Below, one piece after another: positions 26,039 through 38,920 of a stretch of 64,000 nt of DNA (its first letter is position 1; each line of letters opens with the position of its first letter). The stretch is from NCBI RefSeq assembly GCF_018350175.1, contig NC_058373.1, forward strand, positions 113,958,001 through 114,022,000. The letters run 5' to 3'. This DNA is from Felis catus. Lineage: Eukaryota. The position numbers and the translations under genes were made by a program. The notes beneath the pieces are model-generated. The model was not told the DNA's origin and did no database searches. It saw nothing but the letters and a program-made list of their open reading frames with translations.

Positions 26039-26277
26039 TTTTGAGAGAGAGAGAGAGGGTGCAAGTGAGCAAGGGCAGAGAGAAAGAGGGAGAATCCCAT
26101 GAGGGGCAGAGAGAGAGAAAGAGAGGGAGAGAGAGTGAGAAGCAGGGCTCACTGGGGACTCACGTTTTACCCAAAGCAGGGCATGAGCTCACCCAATGTG
26201 GGACTTGAACTCACAAACTGTGAGATCATGACCTGAGCTGAAGTCAGATAGTTAAGGACTGAACCACCCAGGTGCCC
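26039..26277 (-). mobile_element. Can-SINE, divergent variant (SINEC_Fc3-like internal gagctcaccc segment)
   Basis: Antisense head gaaccacccaggtgccc, tgagatcatgacctgagc; TSD tcatgctacagatt 26025-26038 / tcatgttatagatt 26278-26291. Confidence 0.85.
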
Positions 26278-26694
26278 TCATGTTATAGATTAATGTTGGA
26301 CATACTCTCTCCTTCTAGAGTGTGACTCTTTTTTTACCAGTTTCACATTTTCATTCCTACCAATAATTTTTTCAAATTGTCCAAGTTTCCTTTTCCCTTA
26401 AAGTTTATATCACCTTTTACGCTGCTTTCGACCCGTCTACTCAGTGCTTCACCTCACTTGTGCTTATGCCCTGTCCCAGTTAGCCCCTGTGCCATACCGC
26501 ATTATTAATGCAAAGGGGATGTTAAACCTGCCCCCTTGCCTAGCATTTCCGCCTTCTCCAGGTGAAACTATTACACACATCACTCCTCCCCCACAGCAAC
26601 TGGCGCAGTAAGTTACCCTTCAGTAGATGCTCAACAAACATGTACTAATAACGTCCCATTAGGACGTTGCTCATTAGGGAGCAATAGCAGACAT

Positions 26695-26910
26695 GAGCAA
26701 ATGTTCAAGCATTTGGTGGGACTACCTGGGTTCTAATCCTGGCGTCCTCACTAACCACTTTTATGGCTTTGATCTGCCTAAACCTCCCTGTGTCTCAACT
26801 TCTTCATCTTTAAGATGAGGATAATAGTAGCAACCACATAATAAACGTGCTGTGAGGCTCAATGAGTTAAGATGTGTGCAACACTTTGCACAGCACCGGG
26901 GCCCATAGGG
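26695..26910 (+). mobile_element. MIR SINE
   Basis: cctgggttctaatcctggc..cttcatctttaagatgaggataatagtagc..tgtgaggctcaatgagttaa. Confidence 0.8.
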
Positions 26911-27945
26911 ACAGCTGTCGTCACCACCAATTATAGATATGCATTATCAGAAGTTGGAGTTTGGGTAAAGAAAGTTGCTCTGGGTTACAGTCTTGTCAAG
27001 TCTTGTGAAAAATGTATCTCGGATTCCTCATGGAGTACCTTGTGTCTTGCCCTTTTCCTACAAAAGGAATATATCTGCTTCAGGACTATGTAGAGCATCT
27101 TTATTAAGAGTATTTTGTATTTATGTATTTTTATCTTATTTATTTATTCATTTTACTTTTTGTCTTTGACCTATGTCTGTTGAGTGTGTCAGATTCTCAA
27201 AGGGGGACATCCATTGCCCACAATAGGTTAAGCACCACTGAGGGAGCCATTGATGATATTATGTTAGGGTGGCTGAGAGGAGCTGTGTGCGTGGTAGAAA
27301 TGTACACCCCGGATACACAAGTGTGACCACCCACACCACTTCCCATCCCACTGCCCCTCAGAATTCAACACTCTGTCTCATCCCTTGTTTTCATGGGCCC
27401 CTACATGTGCCAGGTGCTGTGTTAGCTCTGCGACCAGAAACATGACTAAGACACGGTTCCTGCTGTTGAGGTGCTCAGGGTTAAAGCAATTTCTTGTCAT
27501 CTTTTATTAATCACTAATTGAGTAATTTTATTACTCATTAATAAGTAAGGTTTAGCTCCCCAATTATACTTACTGTGTATTAGTCCTGTCCTGGACACTA
27601 TCACCACAGTGCTCTTTGCCTGACCACTACCCAAGAGAAAAAAAGGGTGCCAGGTTATCAGAATGAGATCAGGATTTTTGAGGACAGTGGGGAGGAAGCA
27701 GCAGGTTTGTGTCAATGTGGTGAAAGCCAAGCAACCCTCGTTCCAGTCCGTTCTGTATCTATGTCTAGATCATGAGTACAGGACGGAAGGCTTTTCTGGC
27801 CATAAACCTCCTTATGCCTAGGCTTGGCCTGTATTCAACTCTAATAAAAATAATAGTAAATATTAGGACTAGAAATAAAAGGAGATACAGGTTACTCATT
27901 AGAACTTTTTCTACAACTTTTTCGTCAACTGAGTACATTACATAT

Positions 27946-28371
27946 TGTATCAGCCAGGATTCCATCAGGAAAGAGATGGCACTTTAATTAGCATCATTCA
28001 GAAGACCTAAATAATAAAGGGAGTACTTGTAGTGGAGTGGATGGGGTGCGGGGGACCACAAGGACTTGTGCAGTATTCTGGGGCTAATAATCATTGGCTC
28101 CATTAGTACCCCAAGACTGAAAGGGCATGAGGATGGGCTGGGCTCTGAAAACAGGGAGGATTGATAGGCAGGATCTGAGACCTTCCACCAAGAGGCACAG
28201 GGCACCCACAGCCCAAGGCCACTGTACCCCCTCCAGCCCCCCGCTGGCACTCCCCAGTGGCCAAACCCAGGAAACCCTGTTGATGTGGTCCATGCAGGTC
28301 AGGTTCCAAAGCAGACAGCAGGGTGGAGAAGGATGGAGAGTAAATCTGGAGTGACCCGCATTTACCCAACA
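27946..28371. mobile_element. ERVL solo LTR, LTR33-like
   Basis: tg...ca termini; tgtatcagccaggattccatcaggaaagagatggcac start and cagggtggagaaggatggagagtaaatctgga end match the remembered LTR33 consensus. Confidence 0.65.
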
Positions 28372-29518
28372 AACATGGTTTCGTGTTTGATGGTAGAGGT
28401 GAGGGTGTGTATTTCAATTTTATCTGTTTTGGCAAGCTAAGTTTTTAATAGGTTATGATATATTTCTGCTGTAGTTACTACACCATCAATTTGATGATCT
28501 CAGTTATTTTTCTTGGTGTCTTATTAGTTTAGCCCATGGGGGATGGGGGTTGTGGGAGGAGAGTTGTGTATAAATTAGCCTGTTTTCTTCCAGAGTGCAC
28601 AGAGAATAAAAATGCTATTCTTCAGATAGTCTTCTTTTTACAAAGAGAGTTGTTTCACTTCCCTTCCTCTTTTCCTCTTCACAGCTTTCTCCTTCTGTGC
28701 TTAGGCCAAGAGTGTATTACATTTGGAGACTTCTAGCATGGTGCTTCCCAGACCGTTCTTAGCCAAAGACTCCTTTGGGAACCCAGTGAAACTTCCTGGT
28801 TCCCTTTAGCTTTTCATACCAAGGCCCATATTACCCAACAAGGCTATTTTTATTACTTACAAATATTTTTATAATTAACTTAAGACTCAACAAGGAACCA
28901 AAGGTAAACAGGTTCTAATTCTTTCAAGTTCTAACCACTATGAGTGGATATTAATCTTTGAGGAGGTATGATTAAAACACAGTACAAAATAGTCATAAAT
29001 TAAATATCGAGTCATAATTGCGAAGGAAGATCGGTGACTACAGAAAGGCCAAATAAACTGGAATTGAAAAGTTAATCACCGCGCCATAGGAAACACGATT
29101 ATGGCCTCTTTCATTACAGTGTCTGGAAGTCACACTGCAGGCTCTTCTCGTTATTCAAAATGTGCATTCATCTTACTGTGATATTCAGCACAAAACGCCT
29201 TAAATCATTTTCAAAAGGTAGGTAATTCCCTAGAATAGCTATCCTACCTCTGCCCAGTTCCCCAGAGAAGTGTCCCACTTCTCTATGGAGCCCTTTGTCC
29301 CCTCCTCTCTTCCATACACCTCATATATCTTTTTTTTTTTGAAGAGAGGTAAACCAGGAAACAGACTCCTTTTTTTTTCTTTTAAGTTTGTTTGTTTGTT
29401 TGTTTGTTTGTTTGTTTGTTTGTTTGTTTTAATGGTCAAAAGGACAATTTCACCCTAAGTGCCTCCACCCCCCCCCCTTTTTTTTATTCTCAAGTTAGCT
29501 AACATACAGTGTATGGAC

Positions 29519-29543
29519 TTTTTTTTAAGGTTTATTTTTTTAT

Positions 29544-29575
<32 letters not shown>

Positions 29576-29735
29576 CAGGGGAGAGGCAGAAGGAGGGGGA
29601 GACAGATAATCCCAAACAAGCTCCACACTGTCAATGCAGAGCCTGACATGGGGCTCAAACTTACGAACCATAAGATCATGACCTGAATAGAAACCAAGTC
29701 AGTCACATAACCGACTGAGCCACCCAGGCGCCCCC
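29519..29735 (-). mobile_element. Can-SINE; its TSD also encloses ~190 bp of extra 3' sequence
   Basis: Antisense body ending ccgactgagccacccaggcgcccc; TSD cacctcatatatctt 29317-29331 / 29736-29750. Confidence 0.95.
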
Positions 29736-30219
29736 CACCTCATATATCTTAATCAAGCCTTATATCTGTGGTCATCCTAGTTTACTGAGCTGCCCTAATG
29801 TCGCTGCAAAATGTTGATCAGAACTTCACTGAATTGGGGATCTAGGAAATATGAAGGGAATTCTCATTATAGGCTTTAAGTATATGCTGCTTCTTAGATC
29901 CAGGGGAGAGATTTCTCTAATTCTTGGGTTGTCCTTTCTGAAATTATACAGAAAGGACTCTATCTTCTCAGACCATTTCCCTTTACTCCCCACCCCCATC
30001 CCAACCCAGCAAGCTTTTTCTTTTGTACATTGCTAGGCAATGCTTCTGTTGTCCTTAAGCGTTTGAGGTCTTGTGCTGATGATGGGTTGGGCTGCTAGCG
30101 AGTGGATTCATTTGTTAAGCCTTTACTGATCCCATACTGTGTGTATAGACCATGCCATTTGTGGACTCCCTGAAAGCTGTGAGGAGACACTGAGGGCTTC
30201 CTAGGCCCTCAGTAGAGGA

Positions 30220-30625
30220 CTGCTATGTTTCCCCCTGTCTAGCTCTAGAGGTTGGCTCTGAACCTGAATCAGACCAAGCAGAGTTTCAGTGATTGGTGTA
30301 GGAATAAATATATGAACCAAGCTAAGGACGTGAGAATCCACCTCAAGAGTTTGGCTGGAACTACCAGGAAAGAGGAACCCCCTCTGTTTGCTAGGGTCAC
30401 TAAACTGGTAGAATGTAAGCCTGTTGTCACTACTTGGGGGGAGCCTGCCTAAGATTGCCAACACACTGAAAATAGAGCTGAACTGTGATGTGATAGATAC
30501 CATCATCATTTGAACACTTGGGTCCAGCCACCTTGATAATGTGCCCTCTTAATAGGTCCTACTTTTATCTCACCAACTTGAGCTGGCGCTCTGTCACTTA
30601 TAACCTGGACTCTTGAGTAAAGTAT
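30220..30625 (+). mobile_element. ERVL-MaLR solo LTR (MLT1-like)
   Basis: cagtgattggtgtagg..atgaaccaagct..tttgaacacttgggtccagcc..tctgtcacttataacc. Confidence 0.6.
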
Positions 30626-30992
30626 CTACACATCTGAGAATCCAACCCTCTCTGGAACCTGCAGCCCCATGGAGGCCACAAACTACTACAAAGATACTAT
30701 GGTCAGCTTGAGCCACAAATCATAGAGAACTACAGAGTATTTTTCCTTGTCTTTGGTTCTAGAAAGCATGCTGACACACCACACATACGGAATTTGGGAA
30801 TTCCAGGAGACTTGGGACTGGTAACAAGGTGTATTACCAGCTATGTGTGACATCTGTGATTAAATATGTTAAAACCCTGTGCCGTCTGGGTTTTACCGTT
30901 GCGGGGGAAAACATTCTAAATGATTTGAGGATTTTTCAATTTTAAACAAATTAATGTTAAAAATATTTTTTGATAACATAAAGAGGTCAAAG

Positions 30993-30994
<2 letters not shown>

Positions 30995-31036
<42 letters not shown>
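30995..31036. repeat. (GT)21 microsatellite
   Basis: Direct read. Confidence 0.95.
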
Positions 31037-31038
<2 letters not shown>

Positions 31039-33914
31039 CAAGCACACTTTAAAATCTAACATGGGCTATGTTAACAGGAGCCTGGCATGAAAAACTGAAT
31101 CATCATATTTAGCATTAATGAGACATTAGTAGCAAAGCTCTCATTCAGCCATTATGCCCAGCTTGGGCTTCTGTTCTTGGAGAGGACGTGGAAAGCAATT
31201 CAAATGATTAAAAGCAAGGAAAATCAGATCTCTGAAGAACGATGAAAGTGGGCTATTTAACCTAAAGAAAAGAAGATTGAAGGGAGAAAATAAATGGTAT
31301 TTAAGTAGAGGAAGAGTTCTTATAAAGAAAAAGGTGGCAGATGTTTTCCTCCTCCACTGAGTATATTGAGAAAAAATTGCCCTAGACATTTCATTTGAGC
31401 AAAAGAAGGATTTTCTTTTCTTTCTTTCTTCTTCTTTTTTTTTTTTTTTTCAAACACACAGGATTCTTGTACTGGGTGAGGGTTGGGCTAGGTGACCTTT
31501 AAGATTCCTCTTCACTAAGATTCTGATTATTAGACTGTGGATTTGCTTATCAAAAGAATTTTGAAACCACCTGCTACATATTTTAAGCTGTAAGATGAAC
31601 AAACACTAACTGGTTTGGTTTAGGTATGGTTCTGCCCAGAAGTTACTTCCAACACTCATAATGTGCCTGTGAAGAAGCAAATATTGTGTACGGACCACAG
31701 CATCAGAGAAACAAAAAATGTATTAGTAAAGTAATGATAAAACCTAGGACTTCTATTTTCTGCTCCTTCGTTTGCTACTGTTAGGCAGAAAATCATAGTT
31801 TCTGCATTAACTATATAAATGAGACAAATAATGTGATAGTTAATAAACTGCACGAATACTGGCATTCGTGTCAGTATTTTTGGAGAGGTAGAATTAAGTT
31901 TATGGGTTCCATTGAGTCAAGAGCATTTAATGTTGACTCTGGTAAGTATCTGGCTTATTGCCTACTCTAATTTGACCAGACTAATTTGGGATCCAGAGAC
32001 TTCAAACCAAGACTCAGGAAAATGGATTTTACTTAGGGAAACAATTCTAGTTTTATACATGGAAAAGCTATTCTAAAGAACAATAGCTTTGGCATTATTA
32101 CTGCTTTGATGGATCCAGACTGGTTTAAAAGTTAAGGTTTAAAAAAAATTAAAGGCCACATGTTGCTCTACTTTCTTCTATATTACTTGGGCCATTATAT
32201 CAAGTTCTACTATGTGGTGACACAGGCTGCTTTGTACAAGCATGAGCTCCTCTGGCTGTAGTTTTCATGCATCCCTACATCTACTAATTAGCTCCACAAC
32301 TGGGTTCTGCAATTTCCTTGGCCACATTGCTTAGATGCTGCAGTTTCCATACATTATACGCCAGCAGTCGTTTCCCCTTCATGGAGCCCGCATGGTCACT
32401 TACAAGTAATTTACCCAGGAGGCTTTCCGACCTTTAAGTGAATCTGCTAATAAGCTGAGGTTGGCTGACTTCTCCATCAGTTATCCTAAATAAATTCAAA
32501 GGATAATTTCTAGAGCTGTACTTTTCAAGATACAGGGAGTGACTGGGAAAAGGGAAGAATAGCAGGTCTGCAAACCAGTTGTTGAAAGTATTAGGAGAAG
32601 AGTTTGCTGAAGATAGTGATTTTGATACAAAGGGACCTTGGCAATACCCCACTGAAACTCCTGTCCCAATTGAATTGTGCAAGAAAAATCAACTGAGAAA
32701 CAATACCAAATAAGCAAACAAAGCAAACCTCTAAACAACAAGAATCTAGCCTCCAAAAAGAGTGCACGTTATATGTTTACTTTGTAAAAACTGATTTAGA
32801 CACAAGAAGCTAGTTTCTAAGTTTATTTCCACACTTGCCCTCCGACCTCTCTCTCGTTGAAAGTTTCAGGGTATCAGATTCTCTCCCATAATTTCCTTTC
32901 AACAGAACTTACTGTATTACCCACCCATCCCCCAAACATAAATGGCTAGAACAGCTGGCTCTTTCACTCCTGGTATACACACACAGACACAAAGGAGATA
33001 CACACACACACACATATGTATAATATACATCTCTGCATATATAAACACACACTTTGGTCATTTATTATTTTAACAGAATAAAGGTCATTAATCAAAATAC
33101 AATTCATTTTAACGGTCAGGGCTTGACACGAGATCATTATTTCATGAAAACCTAAAGAGACTAAGCTTCCTTTCATAGTATTGTTTTCTTTCTAAACCTC
33201 CGTAGGGTGCATGGCTCTTCTCCACTGAGAAAGTTAGGGACAGTGCCATGGAGCAGCCTCGTGGCCTCCAAGTTAAAAGACCCAAGTTCTCTTGGGGAAA
33301 AAGCTCATGCCACATATTCTCTCACCTCACAGAAAGAGAAGATTTTACGTCTGTTGTATTCCGAACAACTGTTGAATACAGCAGATGTAAAAAGACTGTC
33401 TGTAGTTAGCCCCAGGGCAAAGAAAACAATTATTTCCCCCCATTTCTTGGAAGAAAAAACTCAGGTGCAGAGAAATGCAGCTAAATACCTTTTTCCTATT
33501 CCACCACAGTTAGTTTCATCTGCTCTTTTCTTAAATGCTTTGTAAGCTGAGAAGAAACATTTTCAATTCATCTTATCTATGTGAAAACTTTCTTTAGAAA
33601 GCTCAAGAGAGCTTCATCCCATGAGAGATAATCCCATGAAAGACTGGGGTGCATGCCTCCTTCCAAATGACTAGGTCATAGACATATAGGGTAGCAGAGT
33701 GGCGAGGACAAAGTGGCTGGGCAAATGAAAAAGAACTCAAGAGCCCTGTCCACAACCTGCCCACCCAGTGAGTAAGAATGGCCTTGCTCTTTCTACTGTT
33801 GAATATAGGCTCTGTTACAAGCCTGCCAGCCAATTAGGTAGCCCCTTGACCCAATCAGGGCCAACCAGGGTCTCCCAAACTAGTCTGTAACCTCTGACCC
33901 TCTAGTCTCAAGAA

Positions 33915-34560
33915 GTTAGGCATATTCATATTTTATGAATAAATAAGAAAATGACAACCCAATAGAAAATTGGGCAAAGGCTATGAACTGTTAGTTTTTA
34001 GAAGAAACTTGAGTCTTCAACTTTACAAGTCTTTAAGGAAATATTAATACAAAATGAGATACCTCTCTTACCCATCAATTTGACCAAGATGAACAAATAC
34101 ATACCAAAACCAAAACCAAAACCAAAACCAAATTAAAAACTCCTAAATGTCAGTAAACATGTGAGGAAACAAGAACTCATATCGCTAATGAAAGAGTACA
34201 TTGGTATAGTCACTTTGAAAAGTAATCTGGTAGCATCTAGTTAGACATAAAAATACACAAACATTGCAATCCAGTAAACACAGTTCTAGCTGCGTGCCTT
34301 AGAGGTACTCTATGCTTCAAAGATAAGATTATGTACAAAAAAAATCTCATATTTAAATTTATTAGAAAAGACTTAGAAGGATGAATACTAGATTCTTGAC
34401 AATGGTTGTCACCAGGAGAAGGGAATGCGTTTGTGGTATTTCAACCGGATATATTTTTTAACGTACAAGACAAAAGGTAAACAAAACTGAAGAAAATGTA
34501 GAAATAGGGTTTGATATAGTTTTCTCTGTATTTAACATTTTTTCCTAAGTTAAAAAAGAA
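33915..34560 (+). mobile_element. Old L1 (L1ME-like) fragment
   Basis: acaacccaatagaaaattgggcaaaggctatgaac, aatgagatacc, ttggtatagtcactttgaaaagtaatctggtagcatct motifs; contains a short (CCAAAA)n expansion. Confidence 0.7.
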
Positions 34561-35124
34561 GATGGTCATCCATGCCTCTGACTGGTACAGTCGGCATACT
34601 TTAGTCCTGCGGTCACTTTCTGATTTGCATCTTTCCAGTCCCGAAGCACATGGGCTTTCCTTTATGATACCAGCAGGTTTCACTACCACTCGTTTACCTG
34701 CCTGGAGCTGGCTACAAGCTCAGGGAAGGTGGTGTCGATAAGACCCAACAATGCAGGGAATTATAGAAGAGGCCTGGAATCCTTCCCTTTTTTCCCTAGC
34801 GTTTCAGAGAGCTGGAAAATTGCCTCAGGGATCATCTAATAGAATTATTTTATTTCAGTGAGGAAACCGTGGCCTTGAGAGGCTTGCTTAAATTCACCTG
34901 CTAACTAGAGTAGGGACCAGAATGTGTGACTGCTGATTTTCCAGTAACAAAAGCATTGACTTATGGGAATTAATGAAAATTCTACAGAGCCTTCACTGTG
35001 GACAACCAGGCACTGACCACAGGCTTGTAGTATGGAAATGGCCATGAGGACCTGTAATACTTTGAGACAGTAGGAGGGAAGTGAGAAGTCTGTGTGGTCA
35101 CTGCATTCTGTGAAGCAGTATGAC

Positions 35125-35585
35125 ATTGAGGTTAAGCGGTTTATCAGAAGTCACACTTTCCTGGTGTGTATCCTGGCTCTTCCACTTCCAGCTATTTTAC
35201 CTTGGCTGATATTAACCTCTCTGTGCCACTCTAAACGTGAGAATATAATGTAATCTATTTGGGGCACCTGGGTGGCTCAGTTGGTTAAGCGTCCGACTTC
35301 GGCTCAGGTCATGATCTCCTGGTTTGTGAGTTTGTGAGCTGTGCTGACAGCTCAGAGCCTGGAGCCTGCTTCTGTGTCTCCCTCTCTCTCTGCCCCTCCC
35401 CTGCTCACGTGCTGTGTGTCTCTCTCTCAAAAAATGAATAGACATTAAAAAAATTAAAAAACAAAATAAGATAACCTATTTCAGGGGCCATAATGAGAGT
35501 TAAAAGAGTTAATAACGTACTATGCTTACATAGTGCTTATGGAGTCTGGTATATGTGTTCAACAAATGTTAGCTATTATTATTAC
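35125..35585 (+). mobile_element. MIR SINE split by a Can-SINE
   Basis: atcctggctcttccacttccagct..ttaacctctctgtgcc left of the SINE; tgagagttaaaagagttaata..caacaaatgttagctattattatt right of it. Confidence 0.75.
35261..35465 (+). mobile_element. Can-SINE with internal deletions
   Basis: ggggcacctgggtggctcagttggttaagcgtccgacttcggctcagg; lacks the gagccccgc segment; degenerate TSD ataatgtaatctattt 35245-35260 / ataagataacctattt 35466-35481. Confidence 0.95.
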
Positions 35586-37029
35586 ATGGTTTGTAGAACA
35601 GACTATTGAGGAAACTGAATATTTAATTATGGTTCTGCCATTTTTTGCCGTAAACCACATACCTATCTCTCAAAGCTGTCATTAGTATCTTCCTTTGTAT
35701 TTGACTTGAATAAGTCTCAGTTTTGCAGTTAAGAAAGCAGAATTTTAAAAAGTAAGATTATTTATTTGTCCAGAATGATGCTGTAAATGTGTGATGGTGG
35801 TTATAGTTTCCTTTCATTATATTTCATCCAACATTTATTTTTCCCTTTTGGGACACATGGGGCTACACTTAGGGCACTAAACAATGAAGTTGACCATAGT
35901 AGGCAACTCTTCCAGTCAGGGGTCTTACTGTCCAATACCCAGATTGTTACCATGATGTCAATGGATATCATGATATCAATCAACTTCTAGCAAGTTCTTT
36001 AAGTTTTTCAAATAGGAAATACCCCCGAACTCCTGTAGTCATTCTGATAGAAGTGCCCCGAAAGATGATGACAAAGTTCTACTTGATGCCAAATTTATAT
36101 CTATTATATGGAGGAGGTTTCTAACTCATAAATTAGATTCTCTTTCCCTGTATCAATTTATTGAAACTTCTGCTGCTGTGTATTAATCCTGATGTGACTT
36201 TCAGACATCAACCCACCCACTGGTAGAGAATTCATTCCCAGGGTTTGCAAGAGAGGTAACCATATCTTTATTTGTTCCCAGTACCTTCTACCCAAATAAG
36301 GTAGTTCTAAAAGATGGATTTCTATACAGTAGAATATTACAAATTTCCTTTTCATGGTTGTTGAAAAAAATTTTTTTATAAATATTACATTAAACTTTTT
36401 CATCTACCCTAGAAAAGATCTACTGTCTAAACCTGAGATAAATGCCTTTGTCAAAGTAATAAGAGGGTGATTTCACTTGCAGTTTTACTTACTAATTTAT
36501 TCCATAATTTGGGTGTTAATCTTGCTGTCAGATGAATACAATCAACTTTTGGACTCAATTTCTTCCTGTTCAGGAAAGAATTTCTATACCAAATTCCCAC
36601 TTAATTGCCTCTCTTGTACACACCCACATCTTATTTTCATTTGTGCCTAGCCTAGCCCATTGCAAACCTATAATTGTACAGCTAAAGGGTGTTTGTTTTT
36701 TGTTTTTTTTTGTTTTTAAGATTTGTTGCTTTCAGGTACCGAAATGATTTGGATTTAAAGTTGCAGTGGATAGTTTATTGATATGTAAATCAAACCTGAA
36801 ATACTTTGAACCCTTGGGAATTTAAGGCTTTTTCATGACAGATTACTGAAATTGACCACAGTTTGTTCAGTGTGGTAGCAAATGCTAAGATTAGTGATTT
36901 ACAGTATTCAGCTTTGTGGAAGTGGTATGTACTCTTACATCCTATGGTTATTTCTTCCCTTTATGCCATTGTTATCTTGGCTCATCATGTCCTTTTTCTT
37001 TTGATGCTTAGCTTTCTGCAGTTATTCTA

Positions 37030-37199
37030 TAGTTGTCATTCCATGAGCCATAGATCTCAGGTTGAGTTTTTAAAAATTTAACCTGCCTAGGTTCTGTCCC
37101 AATCCTGCTGAGTCAGAATCCCCCAAGGCAGGACAGGGGTTTGCGCTTTTGAAAACCTCAGGAGGCATTCTGATGCTCACCCACAATTGAGAAGCACTG
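37030..37199. mobile_element. MER5-like hAT MITE remnant
   Basis: cctgctgagtcagaatc..ttttgaaaacctc..attctgatgc..ttgagaagcactg. Confidence 0.55.
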
Positions 37200-37210
37200 T
37201 TTTATTACCT

Positions 37211-37720
37211 AAGTTGGAAATCTTTTGTTTGTGAATGATTGAAACCCACTCAAATTGTCATAACAAAAGAGAGAAATTTACCATAAAGAAGCAAGAGAAT
37301 CTTGCAAAACCAAAGGGCATGAAATCCATCTGGACTTCGTAAGAGACCCAAGCTTGGAAATGGAGCACTGACCAGGACTCAGGCAGCCAGTCCCCATTCT
37401 CCACGTATATATCCCTCTGTCTGCCTATCTCCTTTCAGAACCTTGTGGACTCAGACTTCTGCCTCTCTCCATATATCTACTTTCTCTACTGATCATTTTT
37501 ACTGCTTAGTGAGCACTTGGCCAAACATGGTAGCTTCTGAGTACCCAAGTTTATGGGCCCTCAGTTCAGTTGGCCAGTCCAGGCTGACTGGCATCTCTCA
37601 ATCTTCTTCTTCTGCAAGAAAATCTGGTTGGCTTAGCATAGGTGATGCATCTGTCTGCCCTTACACCAATCAGATAGCATTGTTCAAACATGGCTGCCAA
37701 GGGCCCACCCATGTGTGAGT
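37211..37720 (-). mobile_element. Old MLT1-like MaLR LTR
   Basis: tcttttgtttgtgaatgattgaaacccactcaaa start; aatctggttggcttagc..ccaatcag..aaacatggctgcc. Confidence 0.5.
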
Positions 37721-38884
37721 GAGTTCAGATTGGAGGATGTTCAAATGTCTCAAAGTATTTCTCTATACTTGCTATAGTCTCATTCTCCATCCTACCCTGA
37801 CATCTATACCAAATAACTTTATTTCTGATTTTAGCCTCATTCCCCAAATTTTCACATTTAAGGAAAGCAAGAAGCAACAATTTACATATATTAGGATGAT
37901 TTAACCTTGCCACTAAGCCAAACACCAAATATACTGTACTCTGTGTCTAGTTCTCCCTCTTATAAATATACATAAGTTTAAATGTTGAGAAAATTAGAGC
38001 CTTGGCAAATCTGCTTCTCCCAAGTAGTAAAACTTGAAAAGTGGTAGAGTAAGATAGCAGCTGAATTACACATAATCTAAGATGCATGTAATTTTAATTG
38101 TCAATATAAAGAATGTTCAAAGGAATTGAGGTGGTTTATCACAGACAATGCTGAGATGTGACTTTATAATGATTTTTACAAAAAAGTCTTCTGCTTTATC
38201 TTTGTCTACATAAGGGTTAAAAAAAGAGGAAATGCTTTAGGAGAAATATAACAGTGGCTGGCACAAGGTTAGTATTTAATAGTATTTTCCCAATAGTGTT
38301 TACGTGGAAGTATTTATTAGAAATAACTTTCAGGTGGTTTGAAACATTAGAATGAGTTACCAAGGAAAGTAGATAAGCTTTTATTCTTTGTTCTCTGTAT
38401 CACCTTGCCACCATCTTGCATATCTGGCCTAGCCAAAGACATCCATGATACTTGACTCTCTAAGAGATCAGAATTTGGGAGGGGAAGTAAAATACAAAAG
38501 CGGTGGGTAACACTGCCACTTTTGGTGTTCAGAGATCTCTACGTGTTCTAACTTGTCCCATTTCATTTTTATAGGGTAAGAAAAGGAAAATAGGGTTCAC
38601 TGTCTTTATTTTACCACTTCGTAAACAGTTAGAGTGTCAGTCATTCCTGCAATTTAAAATTCTAAATTTGCTGGTATTTTCACCTTCAGGGAAGGTGGAA
38701 AAACAACAATTTCCACTTATGGGTGGTGTCTTAATCTTGCAGATGCTAGTAAGATGAACTGGGCAGAGAGAATGTTAATATAAAGCACACTGTTAATGAC
38801 TGTAAAGTAGAATTGAAAATGAATTTTGTCTCTTTAAAGGGCAACAAGAACCACGGTGACTATATTTCGGTAAGCTGTAATGCA

Positions 38885-38887
<3 letters not shown>

Positions 38888-38920
<33 letters not shown>
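38888..38920. repeat. (CAA)11 microsatellite
   Basis: Direct read. Confidence 0.95.

Noticed and set aside
28234..28250. CTCF-like motifs (also ~7740, ~11082, ~48757)
   Set aside because: Each deviates from the core consensus; not supportable without PWM scoring or ChIP data
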